Source: an uncultured Dehalococcoidaceae bacterium (GTDB taxonomy: Bacteria > Chloroflexota > Dehalococcoidia > Dehalococcoidales > RBG-16-60-22). Taken from it: a DNA stretch of 64,000 nucleotides. Shown piece after piece: positions 39,827 through 49,010 of this stretch. The position numbers and the translations under genes are program-made. Within the stretch, counting starts at the first letter, position 1. The number at the start of each line of letters is the position of its first letter. The stretch lies in the NCBI GenBank assembly GCA_964342875.1, contig CAYFHI010000001.1:5384-69383 (forward strand), given 5' to 3'. The notes under the pieces were generated by a model, which was given only the letters and a program-made list of their open reading frames with translations, did no database searches and was not told the DNA's origin.

Positions 39827-42412
39827 TTACCTCTCAGCGACGGCGCGAACTTTTACTTTTATACAGGTATCCATTGCTTGGGTAACTGGGTCTATAGTTT
39901 CCAAACTAGCCCTGAGCAGAGTGTTATAGTGGACACCTTTACCTTTGGCGGTAGTTAGTCTGGCTGCCCAATGACCAAAGCAACCAGCAATCCCGATTAC
40001 TTCGGGGTGGATACCTTCAGTAAGTTTGATTCTCCCCGTTACTTTGTCACCCGATTTGGTTTCAAGTGACACTATGGCTCCGTCTTTAATCCCCTTCTTT
40101 TTGGCTATTCCAGCATTCATAAGGATGTTGTAGGCAGAGGGGTGATATTCACTTACTTCATTCAGCCATGGATTGTTACCCGTAATTGAGAAAGTATGAA
40201 ATGCGATTTTATAGTTAACGGCGTACAGATCAAACTCCGGTTCTTTTTCTTCATAAGCGGGACATGGTTTCCAATCAGGGAGTGGTTGATAATCGGAAAC
40301 ATCCCACTGCTTGATGCCCATCTCTTCAGTTACCCGCTTTACGCCTTCACCCACTTTAATGATATGCTCCAGATAAATTGGCGTTCTCGCCTGGAAGAAT
40401 TGCGTCGGGTAGACCTCCTCAACCTTCTTGGGCCATTTTATAAAACCGTTCTCCTTAAACCACGCAAGGTCATGCTCGGGATTGAATTCACTTACTATCA
40501 GTCGCTCGCATATTTCTTCCCAGGTGTATTTTTTGTTGATGTCAAGTTTGTAAGGTTCGTGTATGTCATAAGAAAGGTTAAGCATATGGTAAATATCTCC
40601 CAGAAAGCCTACTCTTTCCGCTATTTCCAAAAGAACTTCATTCCAATTTCTCACACCGGGAGGAGCCTCTACCACTGGCTGTCTGATTTGGAAACACCAA
40701 TCATTAGCCAGTCCCACCGGGTTCTGCTCACTTTCGCCGCTCACTCCTGCCTCCAGCTTCTCCAGGAAGTGACTATCTGGCAGAACTATGTCGGCCATTT
40801 CCGTAGTCTCATCAATCTCAACAGCGAATGATACCACCATATCGAATTTCCTGAACCATTCGGCTCGTTGCTCAGGGTTGCCCGTGGTCATCATAAGATT
40901 GGTACGGCTTTGAAACAGAACTTCAGGTTTATAAGGGAATTTAAACTCTTTGGGATTCAGTATATTGAGCAGACCCATAGGCTCCACAACCACAGCCATT
41001 GGAGTGAGTTCTCGCAAAAATACATTTTCGGGAGGTGCTGCCTCGGGGGGTGGGTAGGGACTTGTCTTTGACTTTAATATACGTCCTCCGGGCACCATCA
41101 TTCCATCTTGGCTCATACTATAACTCCAGCTGAAGTTGGCCAATTTATTGGGTAAAAGCACGGGGCAAACACCCACACTTCCTCCAGGCATGCCAACATT
41201 ACCGATAATGATATTTAACAACTGAATAGCAAAGCAATTCAGCAGAGAGTGCTTATGCTGAGAGGGGCCCTTCCTGTTATGGGCACAAGCAGGCCTATAA
41301 GGAAGCTCTTTCCCGTCAATCACAATGGTACTTCCTATTCTGGCAGCTTCGCCAAATTCTGTGGCAATTCGACGTATTGTCTCTGCTGGTACGGTAGTTA
41401 TCTCAGAAGCATATTCGCAAGTATACTTCTTTACATGCTCTTTTAGTAGTTCGAATGAAGGTCTACCAGTAATGCCATTTACCTTGTAGCTTCCCTCTAA
41501 GGCAAAGTCCTTTATGGACGGATCATCATAATATTTCGCCTTTCCGTCTGTAGTGTCCCATACTAAGGGTTTAGAGTTATCTTCGTCTCTGATATAATGT
41601 CCATCCGGACCAATAAGGTAAGATCCATTCGCGTATTTTTTTAAAAACTCGGCATCATAGATCCCCAGTTCGTTGAGAAGGACATTAATCATTGCCAATA
41701 CGAAGGCAGCGTCTGTGCCTGGTCTTAGCGGTATCCACTCGTCAGCTTTGGCAGCTGCCGGACCTAATATGGGGTCGACGGCGATGTGTTTCATCCCTCT
41801 GCTCTTGGCATCGGCAGTGACCTCACTTGCTATCATGGCATGTTCGCCTATCGCGTGACCGCTTTGAGCGCCAAATAGAATCAGGTAGTTACAATGATGC
41901 ACATCAACTTCCTTAGCAAATGCCCCCGTTGTAATATAGGAAATTGGATGCAGTCCGTTACCACAGAACCAATCGGCGGCGCCCACTGATAAGTTTGGCA
42001 TCTTTGGTGTTCCGAAAGCCAGCATAAAAGTTCCTCTCATAGCCACCTGATTTGCAAGATCGAAAGACTCCCATACCAGTTTCCTCGGGTCCTCTTTTCT
42101 GATTTTCTTTAACTTTTGTGATATTGTATCAAGTGCCTCATTCCAACTGATCTCCTCCCATTGTGGGTCTACCCCTTTACCTTTCTCAGGATTTGTCCTC
42201 TTGAGTGGAGTTTTCAGGCGGTCCGGACTGTAGAGGTTCATTATGGCGGCATTCCCCTTGGCACATAATCTGCCCTCGTTGTTAGGACAATCCGTGTTGC
42301 CCTCTATCTTCGTTGCCACTCCATCAACAACATGTACTTTTGTCCCGCACCCGTTGTAACACATGCTGCAACACGTTTTTATCCATTCATCTCTGACGGT
42401 TTTGCTTTCCAT
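39827..42412 (-). CDS. Molybdopterin (Mo/W-bisPGD) oxidoreductase catalytic subunit, cytoplasmic type
   Basis: 861 aa. N-terminal FS0 motif CCSMCYNGCGTKV...C. No twin-arginine signal. DMSO-reductase-family length and domain order. Substrate unknown. Confidence 0.85.
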   Translation of the reverse strand: MESKTVRDEWIKTCCSMCYNGCGTKVHVVDGVATKIEGNTDCPNNEGRLCAKGNAAIMNLYSPDRLKTPLKRTNPEKGKGVDPQWEEISWNEALDTISQKLKKIRKEDPRKLVWESFDLANQVAMRGTFMLAFGTPKMPNLSVGAADWFCGNGLHPISYITTGAFAKEVDVHHCNYLILFGAQSGHAIGEHAMIASEVTADAKSRGMKHIAVDPILGPAAAKADEWIPLRPGTDAAFVLAMINVLLNELGIYDAEFLKKYANGSYLIGPDGHYIRDEDNSKPLVWDTTDGKAKYYDDPSIKDFALEGSYKVNGITGRPSFELLKEHVKKYTCEYASEITTVPAETIRRIATEFGEAARIGSTIVIDGKELPYRPACAHNRKGPSQHKHSLLNCFAIQLLNIIIGNVGMPGGSVGVCPVLLPNKLANFSWSYSMSQDGMMVPGGRILKSKTSPYPPPEAAPPENVFLRELTPMAVVVEPMGLLNILNPKEFKFPYKPEVLFQSRTNLMMTTGNPEQRAEWFRKFDMVVSFAVEIDETTEMADIVLPDSHFLEKLEAGVSGESEQNPVGLANDWCFQIRQPVVEAPPGVRNWNEVLLEIAERVGFLGDIYHMLNLSYDIHEPYKLDINKKYTWEEICERLIVSEFNPEHDLAWFKENGFIKWPKKVEEVYPTQFFQARTPIYLEHIIKVGEGVKRVTEEMGIKQWDVSDYQPLPDWKPCPAYEEKEPEFDLYAVNYKIAFHTFSITGNNPWLNEVSEYHPSAYNILMNAGIAKKKGIKDGAIVSLETKSGDKVTGRIKLTEGIHPEVIGIAGCFGHWAARLTTAKGKGVHYNTLLRASLETIDPVTQAMDTCIKVKVRAVAER

Positions 42413-42798
42413 AATAATAACTCCCTCCTAACGTGAGTTGTGCTTATCAACACCGGCGTCCAATGTGTTTATTATTTTCACTGTCTTTGAAAGTTTTTAA
42501 GCACCTCTCTTGTAGCTTTGAATAAGATAGAGGTTACCTCACTAAAGGTCGTAACAATAAATTCCCAAACGGTGGTAATAATGGTCGCGGGCGTTACCAG
42601 AACCAATACTGTGGTTTGTGTAAATAGCTATCTAGATTATAATACCAATTAAGTGTTGAGGCAAATTCTGGTTCAATCGTTAAACTAGAAATAACAGAAG
42701 TCATTTATTCATTCTTAATATAAATGGAGGGGGATTAAGATAGTGAGGTAATAGGATTGAGGCAACCAGAACCAAACAGAGCCGGGTCGGATTAGTAT

Positions 42799-42828
42799 TT
42801 GACACTCTGTGGGTGTAACTGGTAGAAT
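42799..42828 (+). promoter_or_regulatory. Predicted promoter of rplU-rpmA-rpmE
   Basis: TTGACA, 18 nt, TAGAAT, 18 nt upstream of the AGGAGG RBS region. Confidence 0.45.
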
Positions 42829-42845
42829 ATTCAAGTCTAGGAGGT

Positions 42846-43235
42846 ATGAGAATTTACGCAATTGTTGAAACTGGCGGCAAACAGTATAAGATAATCCAGG
42901 GACAGACCATCGATGTCGACCGTCTAGAAGTGGGCGAGGGTAGTACCGTCGAACTGGATAAAGTGTTGCTTATTGGGGATGGTGACAAAGTTACGGTTGG
43001 TAACCCGGTTATTGAAGGGGCAAAGGTCGTGACTACTTCTCGTGGCGAGGGTAGAAATAAAAAAATAATTGTTCTCAAGTTCAAGCCCAAGGTACGATAT
43101 ACCCGGAAAAACGGGCACCGTCAGTTTTATACGAGGTTGGCTGTCGATAAAATAGTGGTACCCGGGGTAATGGAGGGGAAGCCGAGGAAAAAAGTAAGAC
43201 GGAGTAAAAAAGAGGTAAAACCGGATGGCTCATAA
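42846..43235 (+). CDS. rplU: 50S ribosomal protein L21 (with Lys-rich C-terminal extension)
   Basis: [16 protein letters not shown]-terminus. 129 aa. Confidence 0.95.
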   Translation: MRIYAIVETGGKQYKIIQGQTIDVDRLEVGEGSTVELDKVLLIGDGDKVTVGNPVIEGAKVVTTSRGEGRNKKIIVLKFKPKVRYTRKNGHRQFYTRLAVDKIVVPGVMEGKPRKKVRRSKKEVKPDGS

Positions 43236-43479
43236 GAAGGGTGGCGGTAGTAGCCGCAACGGTCGTGACAGCCAATCAAAACGTCTCGGGGTGAAGAGAT
43301 ACGCGGGGCAAATTGTGAATGCCGGGACTATTCTGGTCCGGCAACGAGGCACGCGTATTCATGCGGGTAACAACGTTGGTGTTGGCAAGGATCACACTCT
43401 TTTTGCCCTTGTTAACGGCATTGTTAAGTATGAACCAGCTAGAGAAAAACGGAGGAAGGTTAGTGTTTACACTTCCTGA
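43225..43479 (+). CDS. rpmA: 50S ribosomal protein L27
   Basis: [16 protein letters not shown] signature. Confidence 0.96.
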   Translation: MAHKKGGGSSRNGRDSQSKRLGVKRYAGQIVNAGTILVRQRGTRIHAGNNVGVGKDHTLFALVNGIVKYEPAREKRRKVSVYTS

Positions 43480-43484
43480 ATGAC

Positions 43485-43691
43485 ATGAAAGAAAAAATTC
43501 ACCCGAAATATTTTCCCGATGCTCAGGTGGTATGTTCATGTGGTAATACCTTTACCACTGGTTCTACCAGGAAGCAACTGAAAGTAGAGCTGTGTAGTAA
43601 ATGTCACCCGTTTTTCACCGGGGCACAGCGGATGCTGGATACCACCGGGCGGGTGGAGCGATTTAAGAAACGCTATAAGATGGAAGGCTAA
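43485..43691 (+). CDS. rpmE: 50S ribosomal protein L31 (Zn-binding type)
   Basis: MKEKIHPKY start with CSCG...[10 protein letters not shown]. Confidence 0.95.
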   Translation: MKEKIHPKYFPDAQVVCSCGNTFTTGSTRKQLKVELCSKCHPFFTGAQRMLDTTGRVERFKKRYKMEG

Positions 43692-43710
43692 CTGAATCTA
43701 AAGGAAGGGT

Positions 43711-43747
43711 AGGAGCGGATTATGATTTAGCCGCTCCTTTTTTATTT
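43711..43747 (+). terminator. Rho-independent terminator after rpmE
   Basis: Stem AGGAGCGG / CCGCTCCT (8 bp) followed by TTTTTTATTTT. Confidence 0.75.
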
Positions 43748-43751
43748 TCAT

Positions 43752-44645
43752 ATGTCCAAAAGAACATATTATGGCGGTCAGGCGGTTATTGAAGGTGTCA
43801 TGATGCGGGGGCGGAAAGCTGCGGTTACCGTAGTACGCCGACCCAGTGGTGGGCTGGCTATGGATATTAAACCGCTTTCTGTTTTTTTTACCAGCCGGAT
43901 GAGGAAAGTGCCGTTACTCAGAGGTATCATTATCTTAACAGAAGCTATGATACTGGGTGTGAAAAGCCTGCTTTTCTCCGCCAGCGTTGCTCTGGAAGAA
44001 GAAGAGGAGGAGCTTTCCGGAAAATCGATATGGATTATGCTTGGCATGGCTCTTATTCTCGTGGTTGGTTTATTTTTTATGGCACCCCTGTTCCTCACTA
44101 AGCTGGGAAATCCTTATATACATACCTCCATTGTTTTCCACCTCGTTGAAGGTGTTGTACGACTTGTTATTTTTTTTGCTTATCTGAAGTTGGTTTCCCT
44201 GATCCCTGATATTAAGCGCGTTTTTACCTACCATGGTGCCGAGCATATGACGGTAAATGCCTATGAAGACGGGGTTTCTCTGGAAGTTGAGGCGGTGAGA
44301 AAATATAATACGGCGCATACACGCTGTGGTACCAGCTTTCTGTTTGTCGTATTGATTATCGCCATCGTCGTTTTTGCCATTATCGGGCGGCCGTCGCTCT
44401 GGCTGATGGCGTTATCACGAATCATCCTTATACCGGTTATCGCCGCTCTCGGTTACGAGGCCATTTATTTCGGGGCGAGATATGTTCATAATGTATTTGT
44501 CAGGTTTTTTCTCGCTCCGGGGTTACTCTTACAGAGGTTAACCACCGGTGAACCGGATGATACCCAGCTGGAGGTTGCAGTAGCGGCTTTAAAAAAGGTT
44601 ATTGAGATTGATCAGCTTGAGGAAGTGCCTCAGGCTGTTTCTTGA
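43752..44645 (+). CDS. DUF1385 (YqhQ-like) membrane protein
   Basis: 297 aa. YGGQAVIEGVMMRG N-terminus, HGAEH motif and multiple TM helices. Confidence 0.75.
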   Translation: MSKRTYYGGQAVIEGVMMRGRKAAVTVVRRPSGGLAMDIKPLSVFFTSRMRKVPLLRGIIILTEAMILGVKSLLFSASVALEEEEEELSGKSIWIMLGMALILVVGLFFMAPLFLTKLGNPYIHTSIVFHLVEGVVRLVIFFAYLKLVSLIPDIKRVFTYHGAEHMTVNAYEDGVSLEVEAVRKYNTAHTRCGTSFLFVVLIIAIVVFAIIGRPSLWLMALSRIILIPVIAALGYEAIYFGARYVHNVFVRFFLAPGLLLQRLTTGEPDDTQLEVAVAALKKVIEIDQLEEVPQAVS

Positions 44646-44977
44646 CCTTCTGTATTACTATTTTCCGCGGGTAGTTGTTGAAAAAAGCAGGTCTTGTTAC
44701 CGGTATGGCACACCGGTCCCATTGGTTTTGCTGTTACCAGAATGGTATCGCTGTCACAGTCTTTCCAGACCGAACGCACTAACAGTCGGTTGCCAGAGGT
44801 AGCTCCTTTGTGCCATAGCTCCTGACGTCGGCGACTGTAAAACCATACTTCGCCGCTGGATAATGTCCGCCGCAGTGATTTCTCGTTCATGTAGCCCAGC
44901 ATGAGGACTTCGCCGGTGTCCGTATTCTGAATAATAGCGGGAATGAGTCCTTTTTCATCAAACTTTATATTTTTCAT
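44630..44977 (-). CDS. hisI: Phosphoribosyl-AMP cyclohydrolase
   Basis: 115 aa. GLIPAIIQ...MLGYMN...WFYSRRRQELWHKG...DCD...CHTG pattern. Confidence 0.9.
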   Translation of the reverse strand: MKNIKFDEKGLIPAIIQNTDTGEVLMLGYMNEKSLRRTLSSGEVWFYSRRRQELWHKGATSGNRLLVRSVWKDCDSDTILVTAKPMGPVCHTGNKTCFFQQLPAENSNTEGQETA

Positions 44978-45004
44978 TCACTGAAAACCTTTATCCTATT
45001 CATA

Positions 45005-45724
45005 TTACGTTTGGTTGATGTCAGCGATAGCCTGTTTCAGTTTGATGTCTCCGGTATAGAGCGCTTTGCCGACAATAGCTCCTTCCACACCGAGTTTCGA
45101 CAGTATTTTGAGGTGCTGCAACGACGAAATTCCACCGGCAGCAATAACAGGCAGTCGTATATTTCCAACTATTTCGGCAATTGCCGTAAAATTAGGCTCA
45201 GTGAGGGTGCCGTCACGGTTTATGTCAGTGAAAATAAATCGTTCTACACCGAAAGGTATCATCGATTTAGCAAACTCCGTAGCGTCCAGTTCCGTTTCCT
45301 GCTTCCACCCGTAAGTAGCCATGTATCCTTCACGGGCGTCAATGCCGATAATAATCGATTCTTTGAATTTGCGACAGGTTTCTTTAACAAGGCTGGGATT
45401 CTCCACGGCAGCGGTACCCAGAACGACGCGTTCGATGCCGGCTTTAAGTAATTCCTCTATTGTCGCCAGTTGGCGGATGCCGCCTCCTAGTTGAGTAGGG
45501 ATGAGCATGGCATTGGCTATTTCTTTTATAATCGCGATATTGTGAAGCTCGCCCGTCGCCGCGCCATCGAGATCGACGATGTGCAGTCGTGGTGCGCCTA
45601 ACGATTGCCACTTCAAGGCGACTTCCAGTGGGTCTTCGGAGAATACTGTTTCCTTGTCATAATCGCCTTGATAGAGGCGTACACATCGTCCATCCCTGAG
45701 GTCTATAGCCGGAATTATTTCTAT
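45005..45724 (-). CDS. hisA: 1-(5-phosphoribosyl)-5-[(5-phosphoribosylamino)methylideneamino]imidazole-4-carboxamide isomerase, non-canonical start
   Basis: The track ORF begins at an internal TTG (MKWQS...). In-frame upstream sequence IEIIPAIDLRDGRCVRLYQGDYDKETVFSEDPLEVA is the conserved HisA N-terminus. The frame is closed by a TAG at 45728-45730, with only AAA ATA GAA ATA ATT codons after it. Confidence 0.82.
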   Translation of the reverse strand: MEIIPAIDLRDGRCVRLYQGDYDKETVFSEDPLEVALKWQSLGAPRLHIVDLDGAATGELHNIAIIKEIANAMLIPTQLGGGIRQLATIEELLKAGIERVVLGTAAVENPSLVKETCRKFKESIIIGIDAREGYMATYGWKQETELDATEFAKSMIPFGVERFIFTDINRDGTLTEPNFTAIAEIVGNIRLPVIAAGGISSLQHLKILSKLGVEGAIVGKALYTGDIKLKQAIADINQT

Positions 45725-45745
45725 TTTCTAATCCCTTACAGATTA

Positions 45746-47317
45746 TTACAGATTAATATTGGAATATTTCCGCCAAGGTTTAGCGTTAAATGCTTTGTTA
45801 TCTTTGTTTTTATTTGTTAGAATATCCAGCGCTCTGTTTATGACCTTTCTGGTATCACTGGGCATGATAACATCATCAATGTAACCCCGTTCTGCTCCGA
45901 AATAAGGGTTTTCATATATGTCATCGTACTCTTTTATCCTCTTGGTTCGAGTTTCTTCGGGATTTTCTGATTCCCTTATTTCCCTGGCAAAGATGACACT
46001 GGCAGCGGTTTCAGCTCCGACGATGGTAACCCGGGCTGTTGGCCAGGCAAAGACGAGGTCGGCACCGATGCCTTTGTCCAGCATCCCGTAGTGAGCGCCC
46101 GCATAAGATTTCCTCAGCATAATTGAAATCAGCGGAATGGTAGCATCTGCCCAGGCGAAAAGTAGTTTAGCGCCGTGCCGTAGGATGCCTTTCCAGTCTT
46201 GGTCCGAACCTATCATATATCCGGGGCAGTCTCCAAGGGTAACCACCGGAATATTAAAAAGGTCGCAGGTTCTGATAAATCTAGCACCTTTATCGGCAGC
46301 ATCACAATCTATGATTCCCGAGGCGACCGCTGGTTGGTTTGCCCAGAGACCCACTACGCGTCCGTTAAAGCGGGCAAAACCGGTTATTGTTGTCCTCGCA
46401 TGTTTTCCTAATGTTTCAACAAAATATCCATCGTCTACAATCGCTTTTATCACCTTGAACATATCGTATGGCTGCGTTGGACGGTCGGGTATTATAGTAT
46501 CCAGCTCAGGGCATATTCTTTCCGGATCGTCTCTGCATGTGAGCCGCGGTGGTATTTCCCGGTTATTTGAAGGCAATAAAGATAACAGTTCTTTGCCTTT
46601 GTCCAGACAGTCCTTATCATCTTCGGCGAGTATGTGTGTCTGTCCTGACTTAACGGCGTGGGCTTTCCATCCCGAAAGGTCTTCAAGGTTGATTTCTTCC
46701 CCGAGCTGCGTTTTGACAAAGGCAGGACCGGCTATTCCCATAAATCCGGTGTTTTTACATTGGATAAGGAAGTCCTGCATTATCGGGTGATATGCCTGAC
46801 CACCCAGGCAAGGACCCATCAGTAGGGCAATCTGGGGGATTATGCCAGATGCTTCAATTTGAACCCGGAATAAATTACCGTACACTTCTAGTGAATCCAT
46901 CCCTTCCTGGAGTCGGGCGCCTCCGGAGTCGTTCATACCAACAACTGGCCAACCCATCCCCTTAGCGAACTCAATGGCACGGATCTCTTTTAAGCCATGA
47001 TATTCGCCAAAGGTTCCTGCCATTGCCATATAATCTTCAGCGAAGGCAACCACAGGCCTGCCGTTTACCATGCCGTAACCGGTGACCACCCCTTCAGCCG
47101 GTATCTCTTTCTTATCCATTCCAAAATGAACGGTGCGGTGTTTGACGAAAAGTCCTATCTCTGTGAAGGTATCGGGATCGAAAAAGTAATCTATTCTTTC
47201 CCGCGCTGTCCATTGCCCTTTCTGGTGGCGCTTTTCAATGGCAGCGGGGCCACCCATAGCCAAGATTTTATCTCGCTTTTCCCTATATTTTTCAAGTAGC
47301 TCTTCAGTTGTCGCCAT
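45746..47317 (-). CDS. Acyl-CoA carboxylase carboxyltransferase subunit (propionyl-CoA carboxylase beta / methylmalonyl-CoA decarboxylase alpha family)
   Basis: 523 aa. Two crotonase-like CT halves and motifs such as GGARLQEG and RKSYAGAHYGM-type. Confidence 0.87.
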   Translation of the reverse strand: MATTEELLEKYREKRDKILAMGGPAAIEKRHQKGQWTARERIDYFFDPDTFTEIGLFVKHRTVHFGMDKKEIPAEGVVTGYGMVNGRPVVAFAEDYMAMAGTFGEYHGLKEIRAIEFAKGMGWPVVGMNDSGGARLQEGMDSLEVYGNLFRVQIEASGIIPQIALLMGPCLGGQAYHPIMQDFLIQCKNTGFMGIAGPAFVKTQLGEEINLEDLSGWKAHAVKSGQTHILAEDDKDCLDKGKELLSLLPSNNREIPPRLTCRDDPERICPELDTIIPDRPTQPYDMFKVIKAIVDDGYFVETLGKHARTTITGFARFNGRVVGLWANQPAVASGIIDCDAADKGARFIRTCDLFNIPVVTLGDCPGYMIGSDQDWKGILRHGAKLLFAWADATIPLISIMLRKSYAGAHYGMLDKGIGADLVFAWPTARVTIVGAETAASVIFAREIRESENPEETRTKRIKEYDDIYENPYFGAERGYIDDVIMPSDTRKVINRALDILTNKNKDNKAFNAKPWRKYSNINL

Positions 47318-47557
47318 TATAATACTCCTTCTTGTTTCTTAACCTGTGTTAGAGTGGTTTGAGTACGAAAATAATAATCACCATTCGACCAAGGCCATTA
47401 TATCACTTTAGCTTTATTAAGGACAATGTTATTGACAGCGTCAGATAGGAGGGTTGATAATATTACTAAGAAAATAATCCGGTTTTATTTAAAGCATTAA
47501 CATAATAATTTATTGGCTATTTAGCTGGAATAAAGCGAAGGAGGTGGCTGAAAGAAA

Positions 47558-48319
47558 ATGAAGCTATGGTATGGACAACCAGTACCGTTTTTGAAGGAGG
47601 AGGAGTCCTTTTCCACTATATTGGAGGAAAATATGAAAGATATGGCGGGAGATGGGACTACAGTTGATGTTAAGTGGCTTAATGATGGTTATTCGGACCC
47701 TACATTTACCTGGACGGAGATGTATAATGCCGTGGAAGGGGTCAAGCGCTACTACGAAGCTTGGAAAACCGGATATGACGGTGTTATTATTGGCTGCTCA
47801 CATGACCCGGGGTTGAAGGAAACTCGCAGTATCATAGATATTCCTGTGGTTGGAGTATTGGAATCGGCTCTTTTACTTGCCTCTTGCCTGGGATACCGCT
47901 TTTCAGTTATCGCTCTTCATCAATCAGCCAAGTCGGCGCTGACCGACACGATAAAGAGATACGGTCTAGCTGATAAGCTTGCTAGTATAAGGAGTCTCAA
48001 TATGGGTCCTCTGGAATCAGCCGAAAAACACTCGGAGCCAGCAACAATGGTTGACCTGTTTCGTGAGAAAGCCGTCAAGGCGATAAAAGAAGATGAAGCT
48101 GAGGTAATAATTCCTGGCTGCACCATCGTCAGCACTTTACTTACCTCTCAGAAGGTCTTTGCAATAGATGAAGTACCGATTATAGATCCTGTTTATGCCG
48201 GTATCAAAATGGCGGAAGTCATGGTGGATTTAAAAAAGAAGCGTGGAACGGGAGTCTGCCGGGCGGGTATCTATGCGGCGGCTACCGACTGGGAAAAAGT
48301 AAAGCAGATAGGTTTTTAA
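47558..48319 (+). CDS. Asp/Glu/hydantoin racemase family protein
   Basis: 253 aa. GCSHDPGL and IIPGCT cysteine-containing motifs in the two pseudo-symmetric halves. Confidence 0.62.
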   Translation: MKLWYGQPVPFLKEEESFSTILEENMKDMAGDGTTVDVKWLNDGYSDPTFTWTEMYNAVEGVKRYYEAWKTGYDGVIIGCSHDPGLKETRSIIDIPVVGVLESALLLASCLGYRFSVIALHQSAKSALTDTIKRYGLADKLASIRSLNMGPLESAEKHSEPATMVDLFREKAVKAIKEDEAEVIIPGCTIVSTLLTSQKVFAIDEVPIIDPVYAGIKMAEVMVDLKKKRGTGVCRAGIYAAATDWEKVKQIGF

Positions 48320-48412
48320 TTCGATGTTTCTATTTGAACATATTGGTTTGCCGTCGGCGTCTTGAATATAATATTTCTCATGCTATAAAATTATTGTGAT
48401 ACTAGGAAATGC

Positions 48413-48706
48413 TTGACAAATGAAGCTAATTATGCTTTAATAATAGTTAAGAGGCCTTGATAATCTGAATAGTGCTTCAGGAGGGAGAGTATGAGGCTTC
48501 ACATGGTATTTGGAGTTTGGCAAGTAGATAGTTAGTGCCCCGTTTACAGGCGGGGCGGTTGGAACTCGAACTCGACTCGGTACATTAGGTTGGAGACTAA
48601 TCTCTTGAGTGAGAAGTTCGTTCGGTGATTATCATCGACAAAGAGTTGGGTTTGGGGAGGGACTCATGGTAAGTGGGGGTTGCGGTAGTGACCCCCACTT
48701 TTTTTA
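48413..48706 (+). other. Orphan promoter-to-terminator unit (candidate sRNA or leader peptide transcript)
   Basis: TTGACA, 17 nt, TTTAAT (48413-48441). GGAGGG RBS plus the 14-codon ORF MRLHMVFGVWQVDS. Hairpin GCCCCG/CGGGGC. Strong terminator AGTGGGGGT/ACCCCCACT followed by TTTTTTTA (48672-48706). No long ORF. Confidence 0.3.
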
Positions 48707-48714
48707 TTTGGTAA

Positions 48715-49010
48715 TCAATGCCACTGCTTATTGCTTTGGTGTCCTCATACCCTGCCGGACGAAAATACACTGACTGTCGCAACATGGACACCATCTCATG
48801 CTACATATTTCTGCCTCCACGAGTACCTTGCGGATAGACTGGCGTCATCTGAGTTAATCCCAGTACCCTGTCCAGTTCTCGATAGGCCAGTAGCCCTGTA
48901 TTCGAGGTGATCCTGGCTGGTCCCGTGGAACTCTAGCCTCAGCCGATTGTCAAATTGGAGTTTTAGTGCCTCCTTAGACTTTTCACCCTTTGGGTTCCTC
49001 CAACTAGCAC
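48715..49010 (-). mobile_element. Truncated, frameshifted IS1380-family (DDE_Tnp_1_4-like) transposase N-terminal remnant
   Basis: Minus-strand fragments LQFDNRLRLEFHG / ITSNTGLLAYRELDRVLGLT / GRNM*HEMVSMLRQSVYFRPAGYEDTKA match the family N-terminal pattern (..TSdAGLL..RElD..LGL...LLRQ..Y.RlAGYEDtND). The rest of the transposase is absent. Confidence 0.5.

Noticed and set aside
40196-40831. A 211-aa plus-strand ORF inside the molybdopterin oxidoreductase gene. Similar cases are 46137-46790 inside the carboxyltransferase gene, and 57187-57525 and 58299-58838 overlapping the cobT region.
   Set aside because: All are antisense to, or overlapping, strongly supported genes. They are rich in Ser/Arg/Leu shadow-frame composition and have no motifs.
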